From Octopus vulgaris (Eukaryota): 64,000 nt of DNA. Shown one piece after another: positions 63,737 to 64,000 of this stretch (position 1 is the first letter of the stretch; each line of letters opens with the position of its first letter). Where the stretch lies: assembly GCA_951406725.2 (NCBI GenBank), contig OX597817.1, positions 69,068,001-69,132,000 of the forward strand, in the 5' to 3' direction. Position numbers and translations under genes: made by a program. Below the pieces are notes generated by a model. That model was not told where the DNA came from, did no database searches, and saw only the letters and a program-made list of their open reading frames with translations.

Positions 63737-64000
63737 CACCCACAGAATCAAACATGCATATACATCACCAAATTGACAAAAACACACACACACACACACA
63801 TACAGAGCCAAATTCACATGCACATATTAATATTGGATATCTATTTTTTAATGGAAGCAAAAACAGAATATATATGAATAAAAAAAAAAAACGAAAATTA
63901 GCTAATTTCAGAATTTGAATGAATTATTAAGAGCAAGAGGTAATGGAAGTGTTGGATAAAAGCACTAAACTGATTTAAATAATCACTCTATACATTTAAT

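Noticed and set aside
63337-63918. YI/VC/HT-rich ORFs here and throughout the window
   Set aside because: Stop-free dinucleotide and tetranucleotide repeats with no coding signature

Overview
AT-rich, repeat-dense eukaryotic DNA. The SINE families and the extreme density of (TA)n/(CA)n/(TATG)n/(ATC)n microsatellites point to an octopus genome (inference). I found no intact host protein-coding exon: most track ORFs are microsatellite or SINE read-throughs, and the protein-like ones are transposon remnants (RTE reverse transcriptase, Tc1 DD34E transposase, CR1-like and I/Jockey-like LINEs). The window looks like a long intron or gene desert. It holds five abundant short retroposon families (labelled A-E here), DNA-transposon MITEs (Tc2/pogo, mariner, Tc1, piggyBac, hAT), Helitron remnants, foldback palindromes and a 1.4-kb tandem duplication. 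Main observations: (1) a full-length U6 snRNA copy fused to a retroposon 3' tail and flanked by a 5-bp direct repeat, resembling mammalian U6/LINE chimeras; (2) a minus-strand recursive-splice-site motif (polyY-AG|GTAAGT) followed by a 92-nt cryptic exon; (3) several minimal hammerhead-ribozyme relics, one in a 304-bp retrozyme-like unit; (4) a ~200-bp retroposon family whose 5' end partly fits an HDV-like ribozyme fold. Coordinates of diverged repeats were read by eye and are approximate.
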